From a virus (Duplodnaviria > Caudoviricetes): a stretch of 56,140 nt of DNA. A program made the translations under genes and the position numbers. A model generated the notes under the pieces. The model was not told the DNA's origin, ran no database searches, and saw only the letters and a program-made list of their open reading frames with translations. Location: positions 1 through 56,140 of the IMG/VR virus record IMGVR_UViG_3300012005_000007; one strand, given 5' to 3'. How positions within the stretch are numbered: the stretch's first letter is position 1; every line of letters starts with the position of its first letter. Positions 9,404-18,762 of this stretch are shown here, piece by piece.

Positions 9404-10972
9404 TTGAGCAATTTCTCAGAAAATATTGCCTCAATAGAGGAACAAAAAGCGAAACTTGAGATCCAAAAGGGTCTTGAACTTAAGAAAGCTCTGCAATCAG
9501 ATGATGTAGACACACTTTTTAAAGCCCAACAACTTATCACTTCTGAAAAAGCAGATCCATCCAATGTAAAATCTATCTTAGTTGACCCTAACGACCTTAT
9601 GGTCAATATGGGCTACCGAGATAAACCTTATGCAGTTACTTATGAAATGCTACGAGGAATGGGACGGATACACGTTGTTAAGTCAATTGTAGAAACCCGT
9701 AAGGAACAAGTAGCTTCGTTCTGCCAAGTTCAAAAAGATAAGTACAGTACTGGGTTCGTAATTAAAAAACGTACGCTTCTACCCGGTTCAAAACCTGTTA
9801 AATTATCTAAGCAAGATGAGAAAAAAATTGAGATGATGACCGAATTTCTACTTTTTTGTGGAAATAAAAATCGTCTTTGGAAAGCAGATACATTTGATAC
9901 TTTCACCCGTAAAGTTATACAAGATTCACTTGTACTTGACCAAGCATGTTTTGAAGTTGTAAGGAATAAAAAAGGTGAACTAGATGAAATACTAGCAGTT
10001 GATGCTGCAACTATGAGAATTGCTGATTCTTATGATGATGATGAGTATAAAGGAAAAGAAAGGGTAATGAAAAATAACTGTTATCCAAATACAGTTCAAA
10101 TACTTGACGCCGTTCCTCGTGCCGAATATTATCCTTGGGAATTATGCTTTGGAATACGAAACCCAACAACCGATATTCATAAAAATGGATACGGAAGATC
10201 AGAACTTGAAGATATGGTATTGACCGTAACATCAATTTTAAACGCCGACCAATACAACTCTAACTTTTTTAAAGTAGGAGCTTCACCAAAAGGTATTCTT
10301 TCTTATAGTGGAAATATAAACGAAAACAGTTTACAAGATTTTAAAAGACAATGGATGGCTCAAACATCAGGCGTTGCAAATGCTTGGAAAATGCCAGTCA
10401 TCAATGCCGATAAAATCCAGTTCCAACCAACTCATGTCGCAAGTGCAGATATGGAGTTTTCAAAATTCCAGGAATTTCTTATTAAGATTTGTTGTGCATT
10501 ATACAAAATTGACCCCTCAGAAATTGGTTTCCCAATGTCTGGAAATGCAAGTGGAACCTCAGGGTTAGGTGGAGACTCAACTGCTGAAAAACTTAAATAT
10601 TCTAAAGATAAAGGACTTAAACCACTACTTAAACAATATCAGTATTGGATAAATAAATACATAATTTGGCAAATAGATCCAGATTTTGAGTTTGAATTCC
10701 AAGGAATAGATGGAGAACAAACTTTCCAAGAAGAACTTGATAATGATATAAAGTCAATGGGAAATTTCATGACTATTAATGAAATTCGAGAAAAAAGAGG
10801 AATGAAAAAAGTTCCATGGGGAGATATATCTTGTAACCCAATAGCATATCAAAATTATTCTATGCAACAACAGCAACAAATGCAAGAAGACCAACAGGGT
10901 CAGGACCAAGGTGATGAGGAAGAAAACCCATTTTTGAAATCGCTTAACTTAGATGAAATTTTTAACAACTAA
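9404..10972 (+). CDS. Portal protein
   Basis: RNPTTDIHKNGYGRSELE, NFFKVGASPKGIL, DMEFSKFQEFLIKICCALYKIDPSEIG and MTINEIRE motifs of Herelleviridae-type portals; TTG start. Confidence 0.92.
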   Translation: MSNFSENIASIEEQKAKLEIQKGLELKKALQSDDVDTLFKAQQLITSEKADPSNVKSILVDPNDLMVNMGYRDKPYAVTYEMLRGMGRIHVVKSIVETRKEQVASFCQVQKDKYSTGFVIKKRTLLPGSKPVKLSKQDEKKIEMMTEFLLFCGNKNRLWKADTFDTFTRKVIQDSLVLDQACFEVVRNKKGELDEILAVDAATMRIADSYDDDEYKGKERVMKNNCYPNTVQILDAVPRAEYYPWELCFGIRNPTTDIHKNGYGRSELEDMVLTVTSILNADQYNSNFFKVGASPKGILSYSGNINENSLQDFKRQWMAQTSGVANAWKMPVINADKIQFQPTHVASADMEFSKFQEFLIKICCALYKIDPSEIGFPMSGNASGTSGLGGDSTAEKLKYSKDKGLKPLLKQYQYWINKYIIWQIDPDFEFEFQGIDGEQTFQEELDNDIKSMGNFMTINEIREKRGMKKVPWGDISCNPIAYQNYSMQQQQQMQEDQQGQDQGDEEENPFLKSLNLDEIFNN

Positions 10973-11333
10973 TTTTTACAAAGTGACCGTTCAACTTGAC
11001 AAAAAGCAAATTCACCTTGGTTGGGAAACAGCAGGTGCTATCATTTTATTTTTAGTAGTAACAATGTACGGTTTTGGAGCCGTTGTTACAAAATTTTTAG
11101 AAAAGCAGGATAAGATATATACTGTAGTTATAAAACTTGATAGAAAAGATAGTATTCAGGATAATAATATAGCGTTACTTACAACAAATCAAGCGGTTAC
11201 TACCTCAGATATTTCAACTATAAAGAGTGATATAAAGGACTTAAAAGACCAAAAGAATAGAACACAAGTGGTAACTCATTACTATACTGAGAAAAAGAAA
11301 GATAGACACTTATATGTAAACCAGGTTAGGTAG
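10953..11333 (+). CDS. Single-TM membrane protein with coiled coil (lysis-cassette associated)
   Basis: TM segment AGAIILFLVVTMYGFGAVV; true start may be GTG 10983. Confidence 0.6.
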   Translation: MKFLTTNFYKVTVQLDKKQIHLGWETAGAIILFLVVTMYGFGAVVTKFLEKQDKIYTVVIKLDRKDSIQDNNIALLTTNQAVTTSDISTIKSDIKDLKDQKNRTQVVTHYYTEKKKDRHLYVNQVR

Positions 11334-11366
11334 TTTATCTTTTCTATAAAAAGGTATATATATTTA
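11330..11366 (+). promoter_or_regulatory. Bipartite promoter GTAGTTT-N22-TATATTTA
   Basis: Exact consensus; overlaps the upstream TAG stop. Confidence 0.7.
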
Positions 11367-11398
11367 CAAAATTATTAAGAATAATTTAAAGAAAAATC

Positions 11399-11740
11399 AT
11401 GAATAGTTTATTAAAAAACTGGAAAACAACAACTGCAGGTGTATTAGGTATATTAACAATTATACTTAAAGTTATTTTCCCAAATATATTTACACCTGAA
11501 GTATTAACATTAATAGGTTTAGCATTAGGCTCATTAGGACTTGTTGCAGCAAAAGACGGTTCTGTAACTGGAATTGGATCTCAGGCAACAACTGTAATAA
11601 AAGACGCCTTGCCTATTGTAGTTGACTTGACTGCAAACTCAACCAATGCAACAATTAAGGAAATACATACAATTGTAAGTAATATTCAGGCATCTCAAAG
11701 TGTAACACCAGTTGTAGTAAATGTAGAAAAATCTTTATAA
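11399..11740 (+). CDS. Putative holin
   Basis: KNWKTTTAG N-terminus, two TM helices, GLVAAKD. Confidence 0.65.
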   Translation: MNSLLKNWKTTTAGVLGILTIILKVIFPNIFTPEVLTLIGLALGSLGLVAAKDGSVTGIGSQATTVIKDALPIVVDLTANSTNATIKEIHTIVSNIQASQSVTPVVVNVEKSL

Positions 11741-12297
11741 TGAAAAGATTAATTGGTTTAATTGTAGTTCTATTTTTAGTTTCTTGTTCTTTACAACAAA
11801 AACAGTTAAAGGATAAAAATAAACTGGATGCACTTTCATTACAATACCCTTCAGAAGCTGCTCGTCTTGCAAATTGGTTATATCCCTGTTTTACAGGAAA
11901 GTCAAAATCTGATACGGTTATTAATACGGTTCATGATACAACTCAAGTACCAGGAAGTCCAATTTTTATAAAGGGGCAAGACGGTAAACCTGATACAGTT
12001 AAAATACCAGGGAAAGTTATCCATATAACAACTATAAAGTCAATCCATGATACGGTTACAAATGATAGAGAAATAGCGTATCTGAAAGTACAACTAACTG
12101 TAAGTAATGATAGTCTAAAAACTGTAAAAGAGGATTTAAAATTAAAAAGTAAAGAATCAACTTCTAAAAACAAATATATCTGGATCTTAATAGGATTAGG
12201 GGTATTAGGATTATTAATTATAGTTTGGAAAGTATATAGTTCTATATATGGTGGAGTTGCAATAAAAGCGGGAAGTTCTATTATTTCTAAACTGTAG
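11740..12297 (+). CDS. Putative unimolecular spanin (u-spanin)
   Basis: N-terminal lipoprotein signal (MKRLIGLIVVLFLVS-C) plus C-terminal TM helix; follows holin. Confidence 0.7.
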   Translation: MKRLIGLIVVLFLVSCSLQQKQLKDKNKLDALSLQYPSEAARLANWLYPCFTGKSKSDTVINTVHDTTQVPGSPIFIKGQDGKPDTVKIPGKVIHITTIKSIHDTVTNDREIAYLKVQLTVSNDSLKTVKEDLKLKSKESTSKNKYIWILIGLGVLGLLIIVWKVYSSIYGGVAIKAGSSIISKL

Positions 12298-12305
12298 TTA
12301 TTTTT

Positions 12306-12395
12306 ATGGATCTTTTAGGACCATCAATTTTTATATGTTGGTTAACTTTCTACTTCTTACTCGCAATTTTTATAGGTAGAAAGAAAAAGAGATAA
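12306..12395 (+). CDS. Small membrane peptide (29 aa, MDLLGPSIFICWLTFYFLLAIFIGRKKKR)
   Basis: Read manually: TM plus basic tail, next to spanin. Confidence 0.45.
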   Translation: MDLLGPSIFICWLTFYFLLAIFIGRKKKR

Positions 12396-12432
12396 GTAGA
12401 CTTGGATAACTAAATTCTTATTTATACATTTA
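12396..12432 (+). promoter_or_regulatory. Bipartite promoter variant GTAGACT-N22-TACATTTA
   Basis: Exact spacing; overlaps the ATG of the 74-aa ORF. Confidence 0.5.
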
Positions 12433-12656
12433 TGGAGATAACAATTGGTAATTTTGATTACTCAGCTATTATTGATGAAAAAGGTAAAACTGACTGGATT
12501 TATAAAGCTAAAGACTTTATTCCTCCAAAAAAAGTAATTAAAGAACCAGTTCAATATAAAATACAAAACGTAATTGAAAGGTCTTTTAAAGATAACTATC
12601 AAAAAACGTTAAAAACAACAGTAAAAGAACTCATTTTATACATAAATGGCATTTAA
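12432..12656 (+). CDS. Hypothetical protein
   Basis: 74-aa ORF overlapping the next gene start. Confidence 0.55.
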   Translation: MEITIGNFDYSAIIDEKGKTDWIYKAKDFIPPKKVIKEPVQYKIQNVIERSFKDNYQKTLKTTVKELILYINGI

Positions 12657-13788
12657 AACAGTCACAGACCAGCGTAACGCAATAAACATACTTTCAATGT
12701 ATGGAAAATTACCTGAGAAAAAGGTAGAAACAACTCAATCTGAAACTCTTGTAAAGGCGGTGATTGGTAAAACAAGGTCGGGTAAAGAAGTATACAATAT
12801 GACAGATGAGTCTTATGAAAACTTCACTAAAGTTGACCATAAGTTTGCAACTGAATTGTGTAAAGCACAGAATTTAGTTGAAGAAGTTGAATACCACAAG
12901 GAGCGCTATAATGAGTTACAAAAGTCTGAAGCATATAATGGGTTAAAAGACCAGTTTGATATGTTGATAAAGAGTGAGGTAATTGATGAGTTAGAAAAAG
13001 CAGAAGGAGATCATGGGGGAAAAGTCATTGGTCATACAATTAGTGGAAAGCCTATTTACGAAAACCAATCTGCTCATGATTATGTAGGTTTTTCAAAAGA
13101 AGATCATGAAGGTGGAGCTTTACATCACCAAAGGGAAGCAGATAAACATAATAAAGGTACCAAAAAAAATATTTGGCATGAAGCAAAAGCTCATGGTCAT
13201 AAAGAACGCTATAATGAGTTACAAAAGTCTGAGGCATATAACGGGTTAAAAGACCAGTTTGATATGTTGATAAAGGCAGAAGATGACTTAGAAAAAGGTG
13301 GTGAAGGAAGTAGAGGTGGAAAAGTTATTGGACATACCTCTACAGGTAAACCTATTTATGATAATGCAGATAACCCTGCACATAAAAGTTTTGGTACTAA
13401 TGAACATTTTCAAGCAGCACAACTTCATAAAGACCTTGAGAAACATTGGGATTCTAAAATACCTAAATCAGATGGTACAGGTTTTGGTGATAGGCGAGCA
13501 AGAGCCTCGGTTGCAAATGAAAAAGCAAATCACCATTTTGACCAAGCAAATAAACATGAAGAGTCTATGAGGTCAGTTGCTAATGGTGGTTCAAGAGAAA
13601 TAGGTAAAACTCAATCAGGTAAAAGTATAATGAATGACCCTCATCATGAAGACCATAAAGATTTTACAAAACAAGACCATATAGATGCTACAAAAGTTAA
13701 CAGGGATATAGGTAATAAAGAACGTTCTTCTAAAGCACTTGATAGAGCAGATGCTCATAGGGAACTTGCAAAAACTGCAAAAAATTAA
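12646..13788 (+). CDS. Modular His-rich protein with four IG[HK]TxSGK tags (putative capsid-internal cargo)
   Basis: ILSMY leader; LVK|AVIGKTRSGKEVY, LEK|AEGDHGGKVIGHTISGKPIY, LEK|GGEGSRGGKVIGHTSTGKPIY, REIGKTQSGKS. Confidence 0.75.
   Translation: MAFKTVTDQRNAINILSMYGKLPEKKVETTQSETLVKAVIGKTRSGKEVYNMTDESYENFTKVDHKFATELCKAQNLVEEVEYHKERYNELQKSEAYNGLKDQFDMLIKSEVIDELEKAEGDHGGKVIGHTISGKPIYENQSAHDYVGFSKEDHEGGALHHQREADKHNKGTKKNIWHEAKAHGHKERYNELQKSEAYNGLKDQFDMLIKAEDDLEKGGEGSRGGKVIGHTSTGKPIYDNADNPAHKSFGTNEHFQAAQLHKDLEKHWDSKIPKSDGTGFGDRRARASVANEKANHHFDQANKHEESMRSVANGGSREIGKTQSGKSIMNDPHHEDHKDFTKQDHIDATKVNRDIGNKERSSKALDRADAHRELAKTAKN
12895..13275 (+). repeat. Intragenic 78-bp direct repeat (12895-12972 / 13198-13275)
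   Basis: Both copies encode HKERYNELQKSEAYNGLKDQFDMLIK and differ only at synonymous positions. Confidence 0.9.
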
Positions 13789-13800
13789 AAATAGTAAAAT

Positions 13801-13838
13801 AATACACAATTAAAAAAATAATACACAATTAAAAAAAT
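13801..13838. repeat. 19-bp tandem duplication AATACACAATTAAAAAAAT x2
   Basis: Seen directly in the intergenic region. Confidence 0.85.
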
Positions 13839-13844
13839 AAAAAG

Positions 13845-14153
13845 TTGAAATCATTAATTTTTAGCGATATAAATAATACGCTCCTGGTTGAATACAAAGT
13901 AGACCTTATAGGTTCTAATTTAGGAAATTTTACAGTTATGCAGATAAAGGGACTTACTGATGTAGATCATAGTTTACTTGCAATGAACTTCAAACAATTA
14001 AACTATGATGTACCTAGTTTTATAACTTTTGCAAATAATAATTTTCTTAAGTTGACTATAACTGACCAATCTAAAGGAACCTCTTCAGTTTTAGTTGATG
14101 CCACGCCTTTAAGTTCAGGCGGAGGATTTCCGATTGGTAAAGACTTGTTATAA
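13845..14153 (+). CDS. Hypothetical protein, possibly virion-associated
   Basis: 102-aa ORF with TTG start after A-rich leader. Confidence 0.6.
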   Translation: MKSLIFSDINNTLLVEYKVDLIGSNLGNFTVMQIKGLTDVDHSLLAMNFKQLNYDVPSFITFANNNFLKLTITDQSKGTSSVLVDATPLSSGGGFPIGKDLL

Positions 14154-14175
14154 CTTAAATTCTTTTCAAAAAAAT

Positions 14176-14220
14176 AAAAACCTTATTTTTACTTTTAATT
14201 AAGTAGATAAGGTTTTTTTT
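14176..14220 (+). terminator. Probable intrinsic terminator
   Basis: AAAAACCTTAT...ATAAGGTTTTT inverted repeat with T run. Confidence 0.55.
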
Positions 14221-14227
14221 ATTATAT

Positions 14228-15631
14228 ATGATACGTAAAGCGGTATACTCACTTTGGCAACCTGGAGGGATTGCAGTAAATGGAGGGTTCTTAAAAAATC
14301 GCCATTTAGGACAAACACTTGCACTTTCACTTGAATACTCCAAAAAACAATTTGAAACAGTTGAACTTGTAACTAATAAGGCAGGGTATGAACTACTGAT
14401 TAAGAAATATGACTTACCTTTCGATACCGTAAAATTTTTCCCAACAGAATTTGATACTCTAAATCCAGATTTCTGGGCATATGCTAAAATTTATGCATAT
14501 TCAATCCAAGAGGAACCATTTATTCACATTGACAATGATGTGATAGTTTTCAACAAAATTCCACAAGAAAAACTTGAGGCACCACTATTATTTCAGAATA
14601 AAGAATATTTTAAAGAACATACAGGGTATACTCGTTTAATAGACGAGGCATTAACTTTTCCAAAACTTGATTTTAGTCTGTTTAAAAACCTACCTCAGTT
14701 TGCATATAATTGTGGGGTGGTAGGCTGTAATTCACTAGAATTTATAGTTGAATGGAAAAAAATTGTAGATGAGTATTTATTTAACCCTCGTAATAAAAAT
14801 ACTTGGGATGGAATAAAAGACAAACATTCTCATAACCACTTATATGAGCAATTTTTTTCTTCTAGTTTAATTAGTAGAGATAACATAAAGGCACAAACCT
14901 TACTTGCAGATGATTTTTATGTATCAACATACAGGGATAAAGTAGGACTTGTACATCTTTGGGGAGCTTCAAAGCGTGATTTAGATACCATGGAACGTGT
15001 TAAACAGCGTTTACTACATGAATTTCCAAAATATAAAGATATATTTGATGTAGAAGAAACTCATAGTGAGATTTTTAGCGATATAATTCGTAGTGAAAAA
15101 TGGGGTAAAGGACAAGGGTCAGGAGGAGGTTCATCAATTGAAATAACTAAAGGGTATAGAGAATTCTTACAAAAATTTCTTAAAGACAAAAATATTAAAA
15201 CCTGCCTGGACTTTGGTTGTGGAGATTGGCAGTTTTCAAAACTAATAAATTGGTCAGGGATAAAATACTTAGGTCTTGATTGTGTACAAAAAATTGTAGA
15301 AGAAAACAATGAACTATATTCAGAAGATAATATAAAATTCCAATACCAATCAGATAATATACTTCTTCATAATAATTATGACCTGTTAATAGTTAAAGAT
15401 GTACTAATCCACTGGTCAAACAGTGAAATAAATGAATTCTTAAAACTTGTAAGAGAACTTGACTTTAAATATATATTAATTACGACACAAGTTGAAGTCG
15501 TTAATAACTACGAAATAAAAACAGGAGAATACCATCCAGTTAATTTAAATGAAAGTCCATTTAATTGTAATTGTGAAGAAATTTTTAAATGGTCTTCGGA
15601 TAATAAAATTACGTACCTTTTAACCAAATGA
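14228..15631 (+). CDS. Fusion of glycosyltransferase-like (DUF6734-like) domain and class I SAM methyltransferase
   Basis: WAYAKIYAY..QEEPFIHIDND (DxD), YNCGVVG, EQ and HLWG motifs; C-terminal WG..GSGGGS and LDFGCGDW. Confidence 0.7.
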   Translation: MIRKAVYSLWQPGGIAVNGGFLKNRHLGQTLALSLEYSKKQFETVELVTNKAGYELLIKKYDLPFDTVKFFPTEFDTLNPDFWAYAKIYAYSIQEEPFIHIDNDVIVFNKIPQEKLEAPLLFQNKEYFKEHTGYTRLIDEALTFPKLDFSLFKNLPQFAYNCGVVGCNSLEFIVEWKKIVDEYLFNPRNKNTWDGIKDKHSHNHLYEQFFSSSLISRDNIKAQTLLADDFYVSTYRDKVGLVHLWGASKRDLDTMERVKQRLLHEFPKYKDIFDVEETHSEIFSDIIRSEKWGKGQGSGGGSSIEITKGYREFLQKFLKDKNIKTCLDFGCGDWQFSKLINWSGIKYLGLDCVQKIVEENNELYSEDNIKFQYQSDNILLHNNYDLLIVKDVLIHWSNSEINEFLKLVRELDFKYILITTQVEVVNNYEIKTGEYHPVNLNESPFNCNCEEIFKWSSDNKITYLLTK

Positions 15632-16545
15632 TACTAACCCCAAACCAAGTAGAGGAACTACTCAAAATTATAGACCACAACCACTTGGTCTTCATTGGAG
15701 AAAATCTGGGGATAGAATATTTATCAACCTCAGATAAAGAAGTATTAACAAATTCCGGAATAGACATCAATGACCTTTACCTACCAGAAAATGATGCACT
15801 ACTAACAAGTTTTCATCTTGGACTGTTATCCGATGCACTGCGAGACAATATAAACACACTTTCCTTTGATGACTTAAAAAACTATGTAAAGAAAGGTCAT
15901 TATATACCACTTACTCAAACAGAAAAATATACACTTAATATCATAAAAAACCAGGCATTAAAAGATATAAAAACGTTAAAGGGAAATATATTTAACGATG
16001 TTAACCAAATATTGGTTGATAAAAGTTTAGAAGGACAGAGAAAATTTTTGAGAGAAGAACAAACAAAAGGACTATACGACAAAAAAACAGTAAAACAAAT
16101 CGCCAATGATATTGCAAGAAAAACCGGTGATTGGACAAGAAACTTTGACCGAATAGTAGAATACAATTGTCAATCAGCATTTGAAGGAGGAAAGGCGGAA
16201 TATATCGCAAATACTTACGGAGAAGACTCATTAGTGTACAAGTCTGTTTTTGAAGGTGCTTGTAAACATTGTGTAAGTCTTTATTTGACAAAAGGGGTAG
16301 GAAGTGAACCAAGGATATTTAAATTGTCTGAACTTATAGCGAACGGTACAAATATTGGTAGGAAAACAGCTGAATGGAAACCGACAATTTCGCCCCTACA
16401 TCCTTTTTGCAGGTGTATGTTATTCTATACACAAAAGGGGAATAAATGGAATCCTGGTTCAAAATCTTTTGATATAACTACTCCTTCAAAAAGAATACGA
16501 CCAAAAGTTGAACTAACAATTGGTGACAAAAAATATTGGGTTTAA
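15628..16545 (+). CDS. MuF / SPP1 gp7-like minor head morphogenesis protein
   Basis: RIVEY..., ACKHC and PLHPFCRC motifs; head-gene context. Confidence 0.8.
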   Translation: MILTPNQVEELLKIIDHNHLVFIGENLGIEYLSTSDKEVLTNSGIDINDLYLPENDALLTSFHLGLLSDALRDNINTLSFDDLKNYVKKGHYIPLTQTEKYTLNIIKNQALKDIKTLKGNIFNDVNQILVDKSLEGQRKFLREEQTKGLYDKKTVKQIANDIARKTGDWTRNFDRIVEYNCQSAFEGGKAEYIANTYGEDSLVYKSVFEGACKHCVSLYLTKGVGSEPRIFKLSELIANGTNIGRKTAEWKPTISPLHPFCRCMLFYTQKGNKWNPGSKSFDITTPSKRIRPKVELTIGDKKYWV

Positions 16546-16640
16546 AATAATGAAGCAGGAGAAAAAGCTGGATAGCCTTTAATTAGGTAGGCGTTTTAAC
16601 TGGACAGTCTCATTATTTTAAAAAATCCAACGAAATACAC

Positions 16641-16727
16641 AAAACCCTATTTGCTGTCAAATGTTGGGAAACTAACTACCCCTATTCTGTTACAAAAAAT
16701 CTATAGAACTACCCTCATTCTGTAACA
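16641..16727 (+). repeat. Three imperfect ~21-bp direct repeats at 33-bp period
   Basis: AAAACCCTATTTGCTGTCAA (16641), AACTACCCCTATTCTGTTACA (16674), AACTACCCTCATTCTGTAACA (16707). Confidence 0.65.
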
Positions 16728-16733
16728 TTTAAA

Positions 16734-16770
16734 GTACTTTATAATTTTTAAAAAATTTTCATTACCTTTA
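16734..16770 (+). promoter_or_regulatory. Bipartite promoter variant GTACTTT-N22-TACCTTTA
   Basis: Exact spacing, upstream of 16791. Confidence 0.6.
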
Positions 16771-16790
16771 ACCCTTATTATAAGTAAAAT

Positions 16791-18566
16791 ATGGACAAAC
16801 TTCCTATAGACATACGTAAAGCACAAATTTTATCAATGTATGAACCTGACTTAGAAAAAGGTGGGGTAGGCTCAGGGAGAGTAATAGGACATACAAAATT
16901 AGGTTCTAAAGTATACGAAAACTATAACCACCCCTCTCACAAAGATTTTACTTCCTCTGAACATCTTGAAGCAAGTAATATTCATGCTGATTTAAATAAC
17001 CCAAAGTCTACTTTAACCCATACTCAATCAGATGAAGCTTCTGCACATCATTTTAGAGAACATGAAAAAAGAGAAAAAGCTGAAGAGGGTTTAATAAATG
17101 AATTTAGAAAAAAAGATCCTACATTTTTAGGACAAAATAAAATACAAAAAAGTGAAGAAGAAACTATCTCACAACTCAAAAAATCCATAGAAGATAAAAA
17201 CAATTTAAATAAAGCCTTTGATATCTTAAACGACAAAGATATGTTATGTAAAGCAATCGGACGGACAGGACTTACTCCAAAAAAAGTCACCGTAACAATG
17301 AAAAACGGACAAACTCATCAAGCAATCAGGTGGGTAAATGAACATGATGAAGCACCAAGTCTAAAACATGTATATAAAAATGTAGGAGAAGACGTAACGG
17401 GTGATAATTCAGAACAACGAATCCACAACATTGTTAATCATGACTCTATGTCTCCTGACCTAAAAGTCAAAAATCTTGCACATGAAGGCATCTATGACAA
17501 AGATACACTTTCTAACCTTACTGGTGCAGCACCTCAAAAAGCATACGATATACTCTACAATGCGGGCGTTAAACATAAAGAATTCCGAGATGACCACAAA
17601 GCATTATTAGGAGGTTCAGAAATTTTACCGAAAGATCCAGTGACAGGAGTACAGGTTCCGGTGTCGATGGCGATACATGAGGCGAAGGAGGCACTTAAAA
17701 CTAATGATTTTGAAAAATACCGTGTAGAAAAACAAAGAGAACTTGCTGCAAAATATGGTGTATCAATGGATAACCGTTGGGAGGCATATAATAGAAAACT
17801 AAGAGATACAATACAAGTTGGTTACCCAAGATCATTAATTGCATTTGGGCTCGGCGGGTTGGGTAAAACGTATGATTTTGAACAAATTGCACAAGAATTA
17901 GAGTTAAGACAATACGATGATGACCCTGAGTTGGGTGGTATGGATAATGAAGACGAATATGATTATGTTCTTTTGTCAGGGTCACTTAGTAAAACTGATA
18001 TGTGGAGGCAATTATGCCAACATAAAAATAAATTAATTGTATTTGATGACTTAGATTCTATTTGGGATACTACAGGGGGAGATGATATGGTTAATTGGCT
18101 TAAGAAAATTTGTGATACTACAGGAGATGGGGTAGTACGTAATGGTAATGGTGATAAAGTAAAAGATATCAATGGTGAGCCTTGTCCTAGAATGTGTAAG
18201 TTTAGAGGACGTATTATAAGTATAACTAATCTTAAAGCTTCTGATTTACCTCAACCACTTATAGACTCAAGATCAGGTTCTATTGATTTAACAATGAATA
18301 TGGACCAAACATTAGAAAAAATTGATAAAATCAAGTATAAAATAAAACTAAAAGATGATAAGGGGGAAGAAATAACTGCTTCAAAAGAAGATAGGGAATT
18401 AATGGTAGATTTTTTAAAGGAATTTAAAGACTACCTTAGAATTGAGCAAGTTAACGGTAGAACTGCTGGTCAGATTATAGGAGATGCACAATCTTTAAGG
18501 AGATTAGGTAAATTTTCTAAAGAAGAATTTTATAAAGCTGCATTAATTTCTTTAAGAATTGTATAA
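16791..18566 (+). CDS. Tagged modular protein with C-terminal P-loop/AAA-type ATPase
   Basis: ILSMY leader, LEK|GGVGSGRVIGHTKLGSKVY tag; Walker A GLGGLGKT, Walker B LIVFDD, IISITN and SR. Confidence 0.75.
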   Translation: MDKLPIDIRKAQILSMYEPDLEKGGVGSGRVIGHTKLGSKVYENYNHPSHKDFTSSEHLEASNIHADLNNPKSTLTHTQSDEASAHHFREHEKREKAEEGLINEFRKKDPTFLGQNKIQKSEEETISQLKKSIEDKNNLNKAFDILNDKDMLCKAIGRTGLTPKKVTVTMKNGQTHQAIRWVNEHDEAPSLKHVYKNVGEDVTGDNSEQRIHNIVNHDSMSPDLKVKNLAHEGIYDKDTLSNLTGAAPQKAYDILYNAGVKHKEFRDDHKALLGGSEILPKDPVTGVQVPVSMAIHEAKEALKTNDFEKYRVEKQRELAAKYGVSMDNRWEAYNRKLRDTIQVGYPRSLIAFGLGGLGKTYDFEQIAQELELRQYDDDPELGGMDNEDEYDYVLLSGSLSKTDMWRQLCQHKNKLIVFDDLDSIWDTTGGDDMVNWLKKICDTTGDGVVRNGNGDKVKDINGEPCPRMCKFRGRIISITNLKASDLPQPLIDSRSGSIDLTMNMDQTLEKIDKIKYKIKLKDDKGEEITASKEDRELMVDFLKEFKDYLRIEQVNGRTAGQIIGDAQSLRRLGKFSKEEFYKAALISLRIV

Positions 18567-18583
18567 ATATTAGTAATAAAAAA

Positions 18584-18742
18584 ATGGATACTAAAGAAAT
18601 ATACTCACAATATACTACTGATGAACTAACTAAACTAATGATTACTTTTCTTACTCTTGAAAATGGAGGGGAAATTAGCCAATCTACAGTTACATTATTA
18701 GCTGAATTAGAAAGAAGGAAAAAATTAGAAGAAATTAAATAA
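18584..18742 (+). CDS. Small hypothetical protein (52 aa)
   Basis: Read manually: MDTKEIYSQYTTDELTKLM...ELERRKKLEEIK. Confidence 0.55.
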   Translation: MDTKEIYSQYTTDELTKLMITFLTLENGGEISQSTVTLLAELERRKKLEEIK

Positions 18743-18762
18743 TTTCTTTGTATATTTGGTTA

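Noticed and set aside
13801-13838. 19-bp tandem duplication as a regulatory element
   Set aside because: Only two copies in an A-rich spacer; most simply replication slippage or an assembly artefact.
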